Part shown: positions 47,078 through 56,194 of the stretch, piece after piece
Layout: every line of letters starts with the position of its first letter
Numbering within the stretch: position 1 is the first letter of the stretch
Assembly: GCA_964492715.1 (NCBI GenBank)
Contig: CAZBLK010000004.1
Location: forward strand, 16,286 to 80,285
Reading direction: 5' to 3'
Length of the DNA stretch: 64,000 nt
DNA from: an uncultured Defluviitaleaceae bacterium
GTDB lineage: Bacteria; Bacillota; Clostridia; Lachnospirales; WRBF01
Made by a program: the position numbers and the translations under genes
The notes under the pieces: model-generated
Told to the model about the DNA's origin: nothing
What the model saw: only the letters and a program-made list of their open reading frames with translations
The model's database searches: none

Positions 47078-47248
47078 AATACAAAATATATTTTGTCGAC
47101 ATATGGTGTCTGGTCAAGAACACAATCATTAGGGCAGTCTTTATGTGGTCCAAATTTTAGACATGATGCAGCACATGGAGGCATTGGTTATTACCCTCAT
47201 TATCATAATCTTTCCTATGGCGGTAGCGCTCATTGTTGGCATTATTAA
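47078..47248 (+). pseudogene. Start-less 56-codon His-rich ORF remnant (possible C-terminal fragment of a toxin or metal-binding protein)
   Basis: The open frame reads NTKYILSTYGVWSRTQSLGQSLCGPNFRHDAAHGGIGYYPHYHNLSYGGSAHCWHY-stop. It has a stop immediately upstream and no start codon. Confidence 0.3.
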
Positions 47249-47306
47249 CACCAATTTTTAGTTAGTACATATTTATGTATGCAGGGGTTTTCTAATCTCT
47301 GCATAT

Positions 47307-47939
47307 TTGTTTGGCTTTTTCACTCGAGAGGAGTTGTATATTGCAATGTTAACAAAATGGCAATTACAGCCTGTTTTTAATTGGTCATGTTTTAATAAGA
47401 ACAGTGTAGATTTAATTGACTCAACTTTTTCACCGGTAAACATAACAGGAGATAATTATTATAAACTATTAGATATTTGCTTTAGTAAATGCGATGTTTT
47501 TTCTTTAAGCAAAACCTACAATTGGGAAAATATAAAGACGGCAAAAGTGTATAAATTTCTAAACACAATTGAACCTTTTAAGGTAAAAACTATTACTACT
47601 GATGTATGGCATTGTTTTCGTGCCAACCCTAATGAACACTTTGAAATATTTTTATACAATTGCAATGAAAAATGCAAAAATATACTGAAACAGCACACCG
47701 CTGACTTGTTTTTCCAAACTAGAGGGAGTATAAACGATTTGCCCGAAGATATATGCTTTTTTATTAATAATAAGCTTCTGCTTGGCACAGTTTCTCATGA
47801 ATATATATGCAACTTGTATACTCAAGATATGCAAACATTTGAGGAATTTAAACCTTTAGCAAAATGGTATAAAGCGGAAGAATTTCAACTTGGTTTGCTT
47901 GATAATTTTTCGATTGAAAAATATTTTTATTCCAAATAG
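47307..47939 (+). CDS. Hypothetical protein (immunity-protein-like context)
   Basis: About 197-210 aa, Cys/aromatic-rich, AT-rich codon usage and no motif recognised. The likely start is ATG 47346 after GAGAGGAG. Confidence 0.5.
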   Translation: MFGFFTREELYIAMLTKWQLQPVFNWSCFNKNSVDLIDSTFSPVNITGDNYYKLLDICFSKCDVFSLSKTYNWENIKTAKVYKFLNTIEPFKVKTITTDVWHCFRANPNEHFEIFLYNCNEKCKNILKQHTADLFFQTRGSINDLPEDICFFINNKLLLGTVSHEYICNLYTQDMQTFEEFKPLAKWYKAEEFQLGLLDNFSIEKYFYSK

Positions 47940-47940
47940 A

Positions 47941-47960
47941 GTTTATGAAACGGACGTGTA
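47941..47960. repeat. 20-bp direct repeat, copy 1
   Basis: gtttatgaaacggacgtgta matches 49863-49882 at 19 of 20 positions. Confidence 0.9.
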
Positions 47961-48073
47961 ATAAAATCAATTGTATACTTGATTAAGAAAATAACAATTA
48001 AAAAATATATTGACTCTTCCTTTGGGGAAGCATTTATAATGACTATAAAATCATTATAAGGGAGCGAAAAACT

Positions 48074-49030
48074 ATGCCTGGCTTAATTAAAATTAAAGAA
48101 GTATCAACCAAATACGACATTACAGCCCGTACCTTGCGATATTATGAAGATATGGGACTTATTATCAGCACAAGAAGCGATGATTACGCTTATAGGTTGT
48201 ATGACGAAGTTGCAGTAAAAAAGATTGAACAAATCCTAATTTTACGTAAGCTTAATATCAGTATAAAAGACATTCAACGTATTTTCAATGCTTCCAATTC
48301 TGAAATTGTTTTGGAGATTCTTGAAAAAAAAGTAGCGAATATCGACAATGAAGTTGCGGTTTTACATGAATTGAAAGAAATTGTACTGGAGTTTATTCAT
48401 CAATTTGAAAAGATAGATTTTGGCAGCGACTCTGATGTGAAAATGCTTTATGATAAGGCAAAAGAAATTGAAACTCATTTGGTAAACGTTGATTATATCG
48501 GTAAGCCTTCTGGAGTAAGCCACTTGCTTGAAACAGTGGAAAAACTCGAACGCGAGCCAGACATTCTTCTCGTTGAAATGCCACCATGTCGTATGGCAAC
48601 ATCAGGGTTGTTAGCAGATGATAACGAACAAAACCGTTTTGATGCCATGTGGATGCGTATAGGCTCTAGTATAGCTGATAAAATAAATCCCCGCGATTTT
48701 ATGTATTATGATGAAGAACACAAGCAAAATGTATGGTTGTACTTAGTTGAGGATAATATAACCGAAGCTGATACTGACGGCTTCAACATCATAACATTTG
48801 ATGGTGGTTTGTTTGCATCTGCGATAGCTGACAGTTGGGAATTTAGCGAATATGACCGCATATATAAGGGGATAAAAATATGGCTTTCAAAGCAAGAACA
48901 CCTTGAATTGGACGAATCAGCGCAACGCCATTTGTTATACCATTTTGCCGGACCCCATTCGGCTAAGATGAAAGAGTGGAACTACGGAAAGGTTCGTTAC
49001 TTTGTACCCATTAAAATTGCCTGTAACTAA
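48074..49030 (+). CDS. MerR-family transcriptional regulator with C-terminal effector-binding-like domain
   Basis: N-terminal HTH IKEVSTKYDITARTLRYYEDMGLI, a coiled-coil linker and a C-terminal domain of about 170 aa. Confidence 0.85.
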   Translation: MPGLIKIKEVSTKYDITARTLRYYEDMGLIISTRSDDYAYRLYDEVAVKKIEQILILRKLNISIKDIQRIFNASNSEIVLEILEKKVANIDNEVAVLHELKEIVLEFIHQFEKIDFGSDSDVKMLYDKAKEIETHLVNVDYIGKPSGVSHLLETVEKLEREPDILLVEMPPCRMATSGLLADDNEQNRFDAMWMRIGSSIADKINPRDFMYYDEEHKQNVWLYLVEDNITEADTDGFNIITFDGGLFASAIADSWEFSEYDRIYKGIKIWLSKQEHLELDESAQRHLLYHFAGPHSAKMKEWNYGKVRYFVPIKIACN

Positions 49031-49123
49031 TGAATAAATATTTATTCATATAGTCCGATATTATACTACTCGTTTCCTATATTTTACATCATATGCCATT
49101 TCATTATTTTACAATATTTTTAG

Positions 49124-49870
49124 ATTGTTATCAACTGCGTTGAGTATATAGGTCAATCATCAATTTCACATGAAGACAAGCCTAATGAAATTCCAGTGTT
49201 CCAATCAATGCTCGACTGCTTGGATATAAAAGGTAAAACAATAACATCAGATGCTACGCACTGTCAAAAAGATATTTGTGCCAAGAAAGATATTTGTGCC
49301 AAGATTGTAAAAAATGGCGGCAACTATATTTTAGGCTTAAAAGGCAACCAGAGCAATTTTTCGGAAGACATAAAATTATTTTTTGAAGATTCTATAAATG
49401 CTGACGAAATTATGACGTTTGAAACCCTTGAAAAAAATGGTGGTCGTATAGAAAAACGAACATGCCGTGCTACTTCTAACGTAAAATGGCTTCTCAACTT
49501 GTCGTTATGGGCTGGTTTTCGAACTGTTTTTTCGATAACCAGAACGATAACAACAAAAGGCGAAACAACTGAAGAAGTCAGCTACTATATCTCAAACCTT
49601 GCGCGCCAACCCGAAAACCTACTTGCCTCAAGCCGCTCGCACTGAAAAATTGAAAGTATGCACTGGATGCTTGACGTAATTTGGAACGAAGATACAAGCT
49701 GTATTTTGTCTGAAAACGGCAACAAAACTCTTAATTCTTTCAGAAAATTAGCACTGCTTGCACATAAACGCTACATCTCCAATCTTGCCAAAAAGCCAAG
49801 CATTAAAGGTAATGTTCTTTCCTCGCTCCTTAATGTTGAAGTTTTATTAAAGGTTATTAAATGTTTATGA
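49124..49870 (+). pseudogene. ISAs1-family transposase pseudogene (5'-truncated, with an in-frame TGA and an 18-bp tandem duplication)
   Basis: KPNEIPVFQSML...DATHCQK...GGNYILGLKGNQ...GGRIEKR...YYISNL...RSH-stop-KIESMHWMLDVIWNEDT matches the ISAs1 DDE transposase C-terminal two thirds. TGA at 49643-49645 sits where Trp is expected. aaagatatttgtgccaag is duplicated at 49268-49303. Confidence 0.8.
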
Positions 49871-49882
49871 AACGAACGTGTA
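49863..49882. repeat. 20-bp direct repeat, copy 2
   Basis: gtttatgaaacgaacgtgta overlaps the transposase stop codon and pairs with 47941-47960. Confidence 0.9.
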
Positions 49883-50050
49883 TTTTTCAAACAATTGACA
49901 ACCACTATAACCTCATGATATAATATTTCAAAATTTGCAAGGGGTATTGTATGTTTAAAATAAATTTACAATTAACTGAACAATTTTATTTTCAACGCAT
50001 TAAAACTTTATTTAATGTTATTATTGTAATTTATTATTTTCAGTCTTCCA

Positions 50051-50076
50051 GTCTTCCATTTGGAAGACTTTTTTTT
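50051..50076 (+). terminator. Intrinsic terminator/attenuator in the pyr operon leader
   Basis: gtcttcca-ttt-ggaagac followed by tttttttt, located 62 nt upstream of pyrB and preceded by a long T-rich tract. Confidence 0.7.
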
Positions 50077-50137
50077 GCCCTTTTTTATCAAAAAAGTATA
50101 AAAAGTATAAGCACCCCAAATCTAAAGGAGAGATAAC

Positions 50138-51061
50138 ATGCTAAAAGGAAGAAACCTGCTACAACCATTAGATTTTACAGTAGACGAGCTTGAAGAAATT
50201 TTTGTCCTAGCGGATAAAATTATCGAAAACCCAGAAAAATTCACTCATGCTTGTGACGGAAAACTGCTTGCTACGTTGTTTTACGAGCCAAGCACACGTA
50301 CACGCTTTAGCTTTGAAGCAGCTATGCTTAGGCTAGGCGGTCAAATAATTGGCTTTTCGGACCCAAGCGCAAGCTCTGTTTCCAAAGGCGAAAGCATTGC
50401 AGACACAATAAAAACAATTGAATGCTATGCCGACTTAGCTGTAATGCGCCACCCAAAAGAAGGTGCACCAAGAGTAGCCGCACAAAACTCTGCATTTCCA
50501 ATTATAAATGCTGGCGACGGCGGACACCAACACCCTACCCAAACTTTAACAGACCTTTTAACAATTAGGCGTGAGCTAGGTAGTTTTTCAAATTTAACAG
50601 TTGGGCTGTGTGGCGACTTAAAGTTTGGAAGAACAGTCCACTCATTAATCAAAGCATTGCTGCGCTATACAAACATCAACTTTGTTTTAATTTCCCCAGA
50701 GGAGCTTCGTGTTCCAGAATATGTAAGAAAAGAGCTTAAACTAAACAACACAAAATTTGTTGAAGTTGAACAAATGCAAGACGTGCTTCCAACTCTCGAC
50801 GTGCTTTACATGACAAGGGTACAAAAAGAGCGTTTCTTCAACGAAGAAGACTACATAAGGCTTAAAGATTCATACATTCTTGACGAAAAAAAGATGGCAA
50901 TTGCAAAAGAAAGCATGATTGTCCTTCACCCATTGCCAAGAGTAAACGAAATTGCAGTTGAAGTAGACAAAGACCCACGTGCGCTTTATTTTAAACAAGC
51001 AAAATACGGAATGTACGTAAGAATGGCGCTTATTATGTGTTTGTTAGGTATAAAGGAGTGA
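50138..51061 (+). CDS. pyrB: Aspartate carbamoyltransferase catalytic subunit
   Basis: STRTR, HPTQ and HPLPR motifs. Confidence 0.96.
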   Translation: MLKGRNLLQPLDFTVDELEEIFVLADKIIENPEKFTHACDGKLLATLFYEPSTRTRFSFEAAMLRLGGQIIGFSDPSASSVSKGESIADTIKTIECYADLAVMRHPKEGAPRVAAQNSAFPIINAGDGGHQHPTQTLTDLLTIRRELGSFSNLTVGLCGDLKFGRTVHSLIKALLRYTNINFVLISPEELRVPEYVRKELKLNNTKFVEVEQMQDVLPTLDVLYMTRVQKERFFNEEDYIRLKDSYILDEKKMAIAKESMIVLHPLPRVNEIAVEVDKDPRALYFKQAKYGMYVRMALIMCLLGIKE

Positions 51062-51066
51062 TATAA

Positions 51067-51516
51067 ATGATAGTAGACAGCATTGAAAAAGGAATTGTAA
51101 TTGACCACATTACAGCAGGTTTGGGAATGACAATTTTAGGCTACTTAAACATTGACAAAACAAAAAACACAGTTGCGTTTATAATGAACGCAACAAGTAG
51201 CAAGCACGGACGCAAAGACTTAATAAAAATTGAAAACGTAGTTGACGTAAACTTTACTGTTCTTGGTTTAATAGACCCAACAGCAACAGTAAACATAATT
51301 GAAAACAGCAAAATAGCAGAAAAAATTACGCTAAAGCTGCCAGAAACCGTAACAAACGTAATTAAATGCAAAAACCCACGCTGTGTTACATCTGTGGAAA
51401 AAGTGTCGCATGTTTTCCACCTTGTAGACGAAGAAACAAGAGAATACAAATGTGATTACTGTGATGACATTGTGTGCATGAAGGGCGGCTTCGCAAATGA
51501 CAATTTGCATAAGTAA
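51067..51516 (+). CDS. pyrI: Aspartate carbamoyltransferase regulatory subunit
   Basis: 149 aa with C-terminal zinc site CKNPRC...CDYC, immediately after pyrB. Confidence 0.9.
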   Translation: MIVDSIEKGIVIDHITAGLGMTILGYLNIDKTKNTVAFIMNATSSKHGRKDLIKIENVVDVNFTVLGLIDPTATVNIIENSKIAEKITLKLPETVTNVIKCKNPRCVTSVEKVSHVFHLVDEETREYKCDYCDDIVCMKGGFANDNLHK

Positions 51517-52732
51517 CGGAACATTAATAAACCCAAAAACAAACACTGTTCTTCAATGTGATGTATGGGCAGAAAACGGCATAACAACGAAAATATATGA
51601 AAGTAACTGCGTTTATAAAACGAACGACAAAAACGTAAAAGTAATTGACGCCACAAACAAATGGGTTGTACCTGGCTTTATTGACTTGCATGTACATTTT
51701 CGTGAACCAGGCTTTGAACATAAAGAAGACATTAAAAGCGGCTGTTTATCAGCCGCTAAAGGCGGCTTTACAACAGTTTGCTGTATGCCAAACACAAAAC
51801 CTTCTATAGACAGTAAAGAAGTAGTTGATTATGTTAACAAAAAAACTGCAGAAGCAAACGGTGTTGAGGTTTTAGCTGTTTCAGCAATTACAAAAAGCCA
51901 AGCAGGGCAAGAACTAGCAGACTATAGAAGTATGATGGAATTAAAGCCGCCAATTTGTGCAATAAGTGAAGACGGAAAAAGTGTGCTTAATGCAAAGCTT
52001 ATGCTTGAAGCAATGGCAGAGGCAAAGTCGTTAAACTTGCCTGTTTTTTCCCACGCCGAGGACGAAAGCTTAGGAACGCTTCCAATTTCCGAGGAAGTTA
52101 TTGTCGCAAGGGACATTCTTCTTGCAAAAGAAACAAACTGCAACCTTCACCTTTGCCACATAAGCACAAAAGGAAGCGTAGACTTAATAAGATGGGCAAA
52201 GTCAATTGGCGTAAACGTAACAGCAGAAACAGCACCGCATTATTTTGCTTTAACAAAGCTTGATGTAAACAACGACACAAACAAAAAAATGAACCCTCCT
52301 TTACGAAACGAAGAAGACAAGCAAGCAATTATAAAAGCGTTACAAGACGGCACAATTGATGCAATTGCAACCGACCATGCACCTCATTCAAAAGAAGAAA
52401 AACAAGTTGAATTTGAAAAAGCACCGTTTGGGGTAATAGGGCTTGAAACAGCCTTTGCTGTTTCGTACACACACTTAGTAAGGACAGGGCTTTTGACACC
52501 TTTACAGCTTATAGAAAAAATGACCACAGCACCAGCAAAAATTTTAGGCTTAGAGCGTGGCTCAATAGAAGTTGGAAAATCAGCAGACATTGCAGTAATT
52601 GACATTAATCACTTTCACAAAATAGCTTCAAATGAATTTGTTTCAAAAAGCAGTAATTCAGCTTTTGTTGAAGAAAAAGTGTACGGCAAAGTTGTTTGCA
52701 CAATAGCAAAGGGGAAAGTTATTTATGATTGA
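51497..52732 (+). CDS. pyrC: Dihydroorotase
   Basis: DLHVHFREPG and TDHAPH motifs. Overlaps pyrI by 20 nt. Confidence 0.93.
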   Translation: MTICISNGTLINPKTNTVLQCDVWAENGITTKIYESNCVYKTNDKNVKVIDATNKWVVPGFIDLHVHFREPGFEHKEDIKSGCLSAAKGGFTTVCCMPNTKPSIDSKEVVDYVNKKTAEANGVEVLAVSAITKSQAGQELADYRSMMELKPPICAISEDGKSVLNAKLMLEAMAEAKSLNLPVFSHAEDESLGTLPISEEVIVARDILLAKETNCNLHLCHISTKGSVDLIRWAKSIGVNVTAETAPHYFALTKLDVNNDTNKKMNPPLRNEEDKQAIIKALQDGTIDAIATDHAPHSKEEKQVEFEKAPFGVIGLETAFAVSYTHLVRTGLLTPLQLIEKMTTAPAKILGLERGSIEVGKSADIAVIDINHFHKIASNEFVSKSSNSAFVEEKVYGKVVCTIAKGKVIYD

Positions 52733-53636
52733 TACTTTAATAGAAAGAATTGATATGCTTAAAAACCCAACAGTAGTTGGGCTAGACCCTACATATGAAA
52801 TGCTGCCAGCTCACATTAAAGAAGAAATGCTTGAAACCCACGGCAAAACACCCAAAGCCGTTTCTCAAATGTTTTTACAATTTAACATAGGATTAATTGA
52901 TGCAATTTGCGACTTAGTTCCGGCGGTAAAGCCCCAAATTGCAATGTACGAGCGTTATGGGCTTGACGGAATTTCTGCTTACATAAAAACAACCGAGTAC
53001 GCAAAATCAAAAGGGCTTTTAGTAATCGGGGACATTAAGCGTGGCGATATAAGTTCAACAGCAGAAGCATACGCTTCACACATTGCAGGTGCAACAATTG
53101 AAGGAGAACACTACGACTTATGGCACGAGGACGCAGTTACACTAAACCCTTACTTAGGTACAGATAGTGTACAGCCTTTCCTAAACGTATGCGAACAAAA
53201 AGATAAAGCAATTTTTCTGCTTATAAAAACAAGCAACCCTTCAGGAAAAGAATTGCAGGATTTAATTTGTGAAGGCAAGCCACTATATATGCACGTGGCA
53301 GAGCTTGTAAAAAAATGGGGCAAAAGCTCGGTCGGCAAGTTTTGCTACAGCAATGTAGGCGCAGTTGTAGGCGCAACGTACAAAGAGCAAGGCGAAATTC
53401 TTAGGCAGTCTATGCCAAACACATTTTTCCTTGTTCCTGGTTATGGCGCACAAGGCGCAACAGCCGTCGACTTAAAAGGGTACTTTGACGCCGACGGCAA
53501 AGGCTGCATAGTAAATTCTTCAAGAGGAATAATTGCCGCATACAAGCAAAGCCCAAAATTTGGTGATAAAAACTATGCAGAAGCGGCAAGGGAAGAAGTT
53601 ATTGAAATGAAAAAAACTTTGGGTGAAATATTATGA
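52725..53636 (+). CDS. pyrF: Orotidine 5'-phosphate decarboxylase (long type 2)
   Basis: 303 aa with VVGLDP, GDIKRGDI and LVPGYGAQG motifs. Confidence 0.9.
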   Translation: MIDTLIERIDMLKNPTVVGLDPTYEMLPAHIKEEMLETHGKTPKAVSQMFLQFNIGLIDAICDLVPAVKPQIAMYERYGLDGISAYIKTTEYAKSKGLLVIGDIKRGDISSTAEAYASHIAGATIEGEHYDLWHEDAVTLNPYLGTDSVQPFLNVCEQKDKAIFLLIKTSNPSGKELQDLICEGKPLYMHVAELVKKWGKSSVGKFCYSNVGAVVGATYKEQGEILRQSMPNTFFLVPGYGAQGATAVDLKGYFDADGKGCIVNSSRGIIAAYKQSPKFGDKNYAEAAREEVIEMKKTLGEIL

Positions 53637-54409
53637 AGAAAATAATTGTTGGAACTGTAAAAGAAAAAGAACAGCTAACCCAAAATATTTTTAAGCTAAC
53701 AATCCATGCACCCAAAATTGCACAAGCGGCAATTGCAGGGCAATTTGTAAACATTTACCCAAAAGATAAAAGTACCTTACTTCCAAGACCTATAAGTATT
53801 TGCAATACAAACGGTACAGATACAGTAAACCTTGTAATTGCTGTAGTTGGAAAAGGTACAGCAGAGTTTTCAAGCTATGATACAACTGATAAAATTTACA
53901 TAAGCACACCGTTAGGAAACGGCTTTGACATAGAAAAAGCAAGCACTGCAAAAAACGTTGCTGTAGTTGGCGGCGGCGTAGGTGTTCCACCTATGCTTGT
54001 GCTTGCAAAGGAGTTGTCAAAAAAAGCTAACGTAACAGCATTTTTAGGTTACAGAACAGACACATTCCTTGTTGACGAGTTTAAAGCTTTCTGCAAGGAA
54101 GTGCACATAGCTACAGATGATGGCAGCGTTGGGCTAAAAGGAAACGTAGTTCAATTAATAAAGGAAAACCCGCTTTTTGAATACTATTTCTCGTGCGGCC
54201 CAAAGCCAATGTTAAAAGCTTTGTCCGAATACTTAACATATAAAAACGTACCTGTACAAGTTTCGCTTGAAGAACGAATGGGTTGCGGATACGGAGCATG
54301 TGTTGGCTGTGTTTGTAAAATAACTAGTGAAAATAAAGAGCAAGCTGTGCAAAAAAAGGTTTGCACTGATGGGCCAGTTTTTTTTGGGAGTGAAGTAGTT
54401 TGGAATTAA
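53633..54409 (+). CDS. pyrK: Dihydroorotate dehydrogenase electron-transfer subunit
   Basis: FAD/NAD-binding fold with RPISI motif and a C-terminal 2Fe-2S cysteine cluster CGYGACVGCVC...C. Confidence 0.9.
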   Translation: MKKIIVGTVKEKEQLTQNIFKLTIHAPKIAQAAIAGQFVNIYPKDKSTLLPRPISICNTNGTDTVNLVIAVVGKGTAEFSSYDTTDKIYISTPLGNGFDIEKASTAKNVAVVGGGVGVPPMLVLAKELSKKANVTAFLGYRTDTFLVDEFKAFCKEVHIATDDGSVGLKGNVVQLIKENPLFEYYFSCGPKPMLKALSEYLTYKNVPVQVSLEERMGCGYGACVGCVCKITSENKEQAVQKKVCTDGPVFFGSEVVWN

Positions 54410-55314
54410 ATTTATCAGTAAACATAGCCGGCATAACACTAGAAAACCCAGTAATGACAGCATCTGGCACTTTTTCAAAAGAAAGCACGCAGTTTTACAA
54501 CATAAACGAGCTTGGAGCAGTTATTACAAAAGGTGTAAGCAGTGAACCGTGGCAAGGCAATGAAACGCCTAGAATTGCAGAGGTTTACGGCGGTATGCTA
54601 AACGCAATAGGTTTGCAAAACGCAGGCGTTGATTCCTTCATTAAAAACGAGTTAGAATTTTTCTGCAAGCACAAAACAAAAATTATTGCAAACATAGTAG
54701 GCAAAACAATCGACGACTACTGCTATGTTGCAGAACGTTTAAACGAAACCGACATACATATGATGGAAGTAAACATATCATGCCCCAACGTAAAAAAAGG
54801 CGGCATAACGTTTGGCACAAAGCCAGAAATGGCGGCAGAAGTAACAAAAGCCATTAAAAGAGTTTCCAAAAAGCCAGTTATAATAAAGCTTTCACCAAAC
54901 ACAACCGACATAACAGAAATTGCAAAAGCAGTTGAAGCAGAAGGCGCAGATGCGGTTTCGCTTATAAACACTCTTTTAGGCATGAAAATAGACGTACACC
55001 GCTTTAAGCACACTCTTGCAAACAAAACAGGCGGTCTTTCAGGCCCAGCCATAAAGCCCGTAGCTGTACGAATGGTTTACGACGTAAGGCGTGCTGTAAA
55101 AATACCAATAATAGGTTTAGGCGGAATTATGAACGGCGAAGATGCAGCCGAGTTTATTATGGCTGGGGCAGATGCAGTTTGTGTAGGCACAGCAGCTTTA
55201 GCAAACCCAACAGCACCAGTTTTAGTAAAGCAAGGGCTAATAGATTATATGAACAAACACGGCTTTAAAACAATTAAAGAAATTCGAGAAGCTTTTGAGG
55301 AGGCAATAAAATGA
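54400..55314 (+). CDS. pyrD: Dihydroorotate dehydrogenase 1B catalytic subunit
   Basis: NPVMTASGTF, NISCPNVK and GGLSGPAIKP motifs. Confidence 0.95.
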   Translation: MELNLSVNIAGITLENPVMTASGTFSKESTQFYNINELGAVITKGVSSEPWQGNETPRIAEVYGGMLNAIGLQNAGVDSFIKNELEFFCKHKTKIIANIVGKTIDDYCYVAERLNETDIHMMEVNISCPNVKKGGITFGTKPEMAAEVTKAIKRVSKKPVIIKLSPNTTDITEIAKAVEAEGADAVSLINTLLGMKIDVHRFKHTLANKTGGLSGPAIKPVAVRMVYDVRRAVKIPIIGLGGIMNGEDAAEFIMAGADAVCVGTAALANPTAPVLVKQGLIDYMNKHGFKTIKEIREAFEEAIK

Positions 55315-55997
55315 GTTACAAAGAAGACTTTGTTAAGTTTATAGTTCGCTCAAACGTTTTACTTTTTGGCGACTTTGTAACAAAAAGCGGCAGAAACACC
55401 CCCTACTTTATAAACACAGGGAACTTTTGCACAGGAAAGCAAGCCGACTTGCTTGGTCAATATTACGCCGCATGTATAGCAGAAAATATGGAAAACGGGC
55501 TAATTTCAAAAAACGCAAACGTTCTATTCGGCCCAGCATACAAAGGTATACCACTTGCCGTTTCAACAGCAATGTCATTGTCAAAACTAATAGACAAAGA
55601 AATTTACTACTGCTTTGACAGAAAAGAAGCTAAAGACCACGGCGAAGGCGGCAACTTAATTGGGTACAAGCTAAAAGACGGAGATTCTGTAATAATAATT
55701 GAAGATGTTTTAACAGCAGGCACAGCAGTAAGAGCGTCAATTCCTTTGCTAAAATCTGTTGCCGATGTGAGCATAGAGGGGTTAGTTATATCCGTTGACC
55801 GCATGGAAAAAGGACAGGGCGGCGCAGACACTGCCATAAAAGAATTGCAAAAGGAGTTCGGCATAAAAACATTTTCGATAGTAAACGTACACGATATAAT
55901 TAATACTCTTTATAACACACCAGTTGACGGAAAAATTTATATTGATGATTCTATAAAAGAACGAATGGATAAATATTTGGCTGAATATACAGGGTGA
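55311..55997 (+). CDS. pyrE: Orotate phosphoribosyltransferase
   Basis: PRPP-binding motif VIIIEDVLTAGTA. It is the last gene of the pyr operon. Confidence 0.9.
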   Translation: MSYKEDFVKFIVRSNVLLFGDFVTKSGRNTPYFINTGNFCTGKQADLLGQYYAACIAENMENGLISKNANVLFGPAYKGIPLAVSTAMSLSKLIDKEIYYCFDRKEAKDHGEGGNLIGYKLKDGDSVIIIEDVLTAGTAVRASIPLLKSVADVSIEGLVISVDRMEKGQGGADTAIKELQKEFGIKTFSIVNVHDIINTLYNTPVDGKIYIDDSIKERMDKYLAEYTG

Positions 55998-56194
55998 TTC
56001 GTTGTACGTATTAAAGTAAATTGCAAATCAATATTTTCCAAGCAAATTGTTATAAATCATTGCAAAAAAATAAAAATTATTATATGATATGTATATATTT
56101 GTTTATTCTATAAATTTATACAGCAATTTGACTTTGCAAAATGCAGAGCATTGCTCCACAAGAGCTTTACTCCATAAATGAAAGGATTGATTTT

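Noticed and set aside
49643-49645. The in-frame TGA in the transposase could be read as Trp or selenocysteine (recoding).
   Set aside because: Other genes in the window clearly terminate at TGA (for example 16950-16952 and 17575-17577). There is no SECIS-like hairpin, and the gene is also 5'-truncated, so a nonsense mutation is the simplest reading.
49950-50137. PyrR-dependent attenuator in the pyr leader.
   Set aside because: No sequence resembling the PyrR binding loop (UCCAGAGAGG core) is present, and only the terminator hairpin is evident. This is recorded instead as a leader-peptide attenuation hypothesis.
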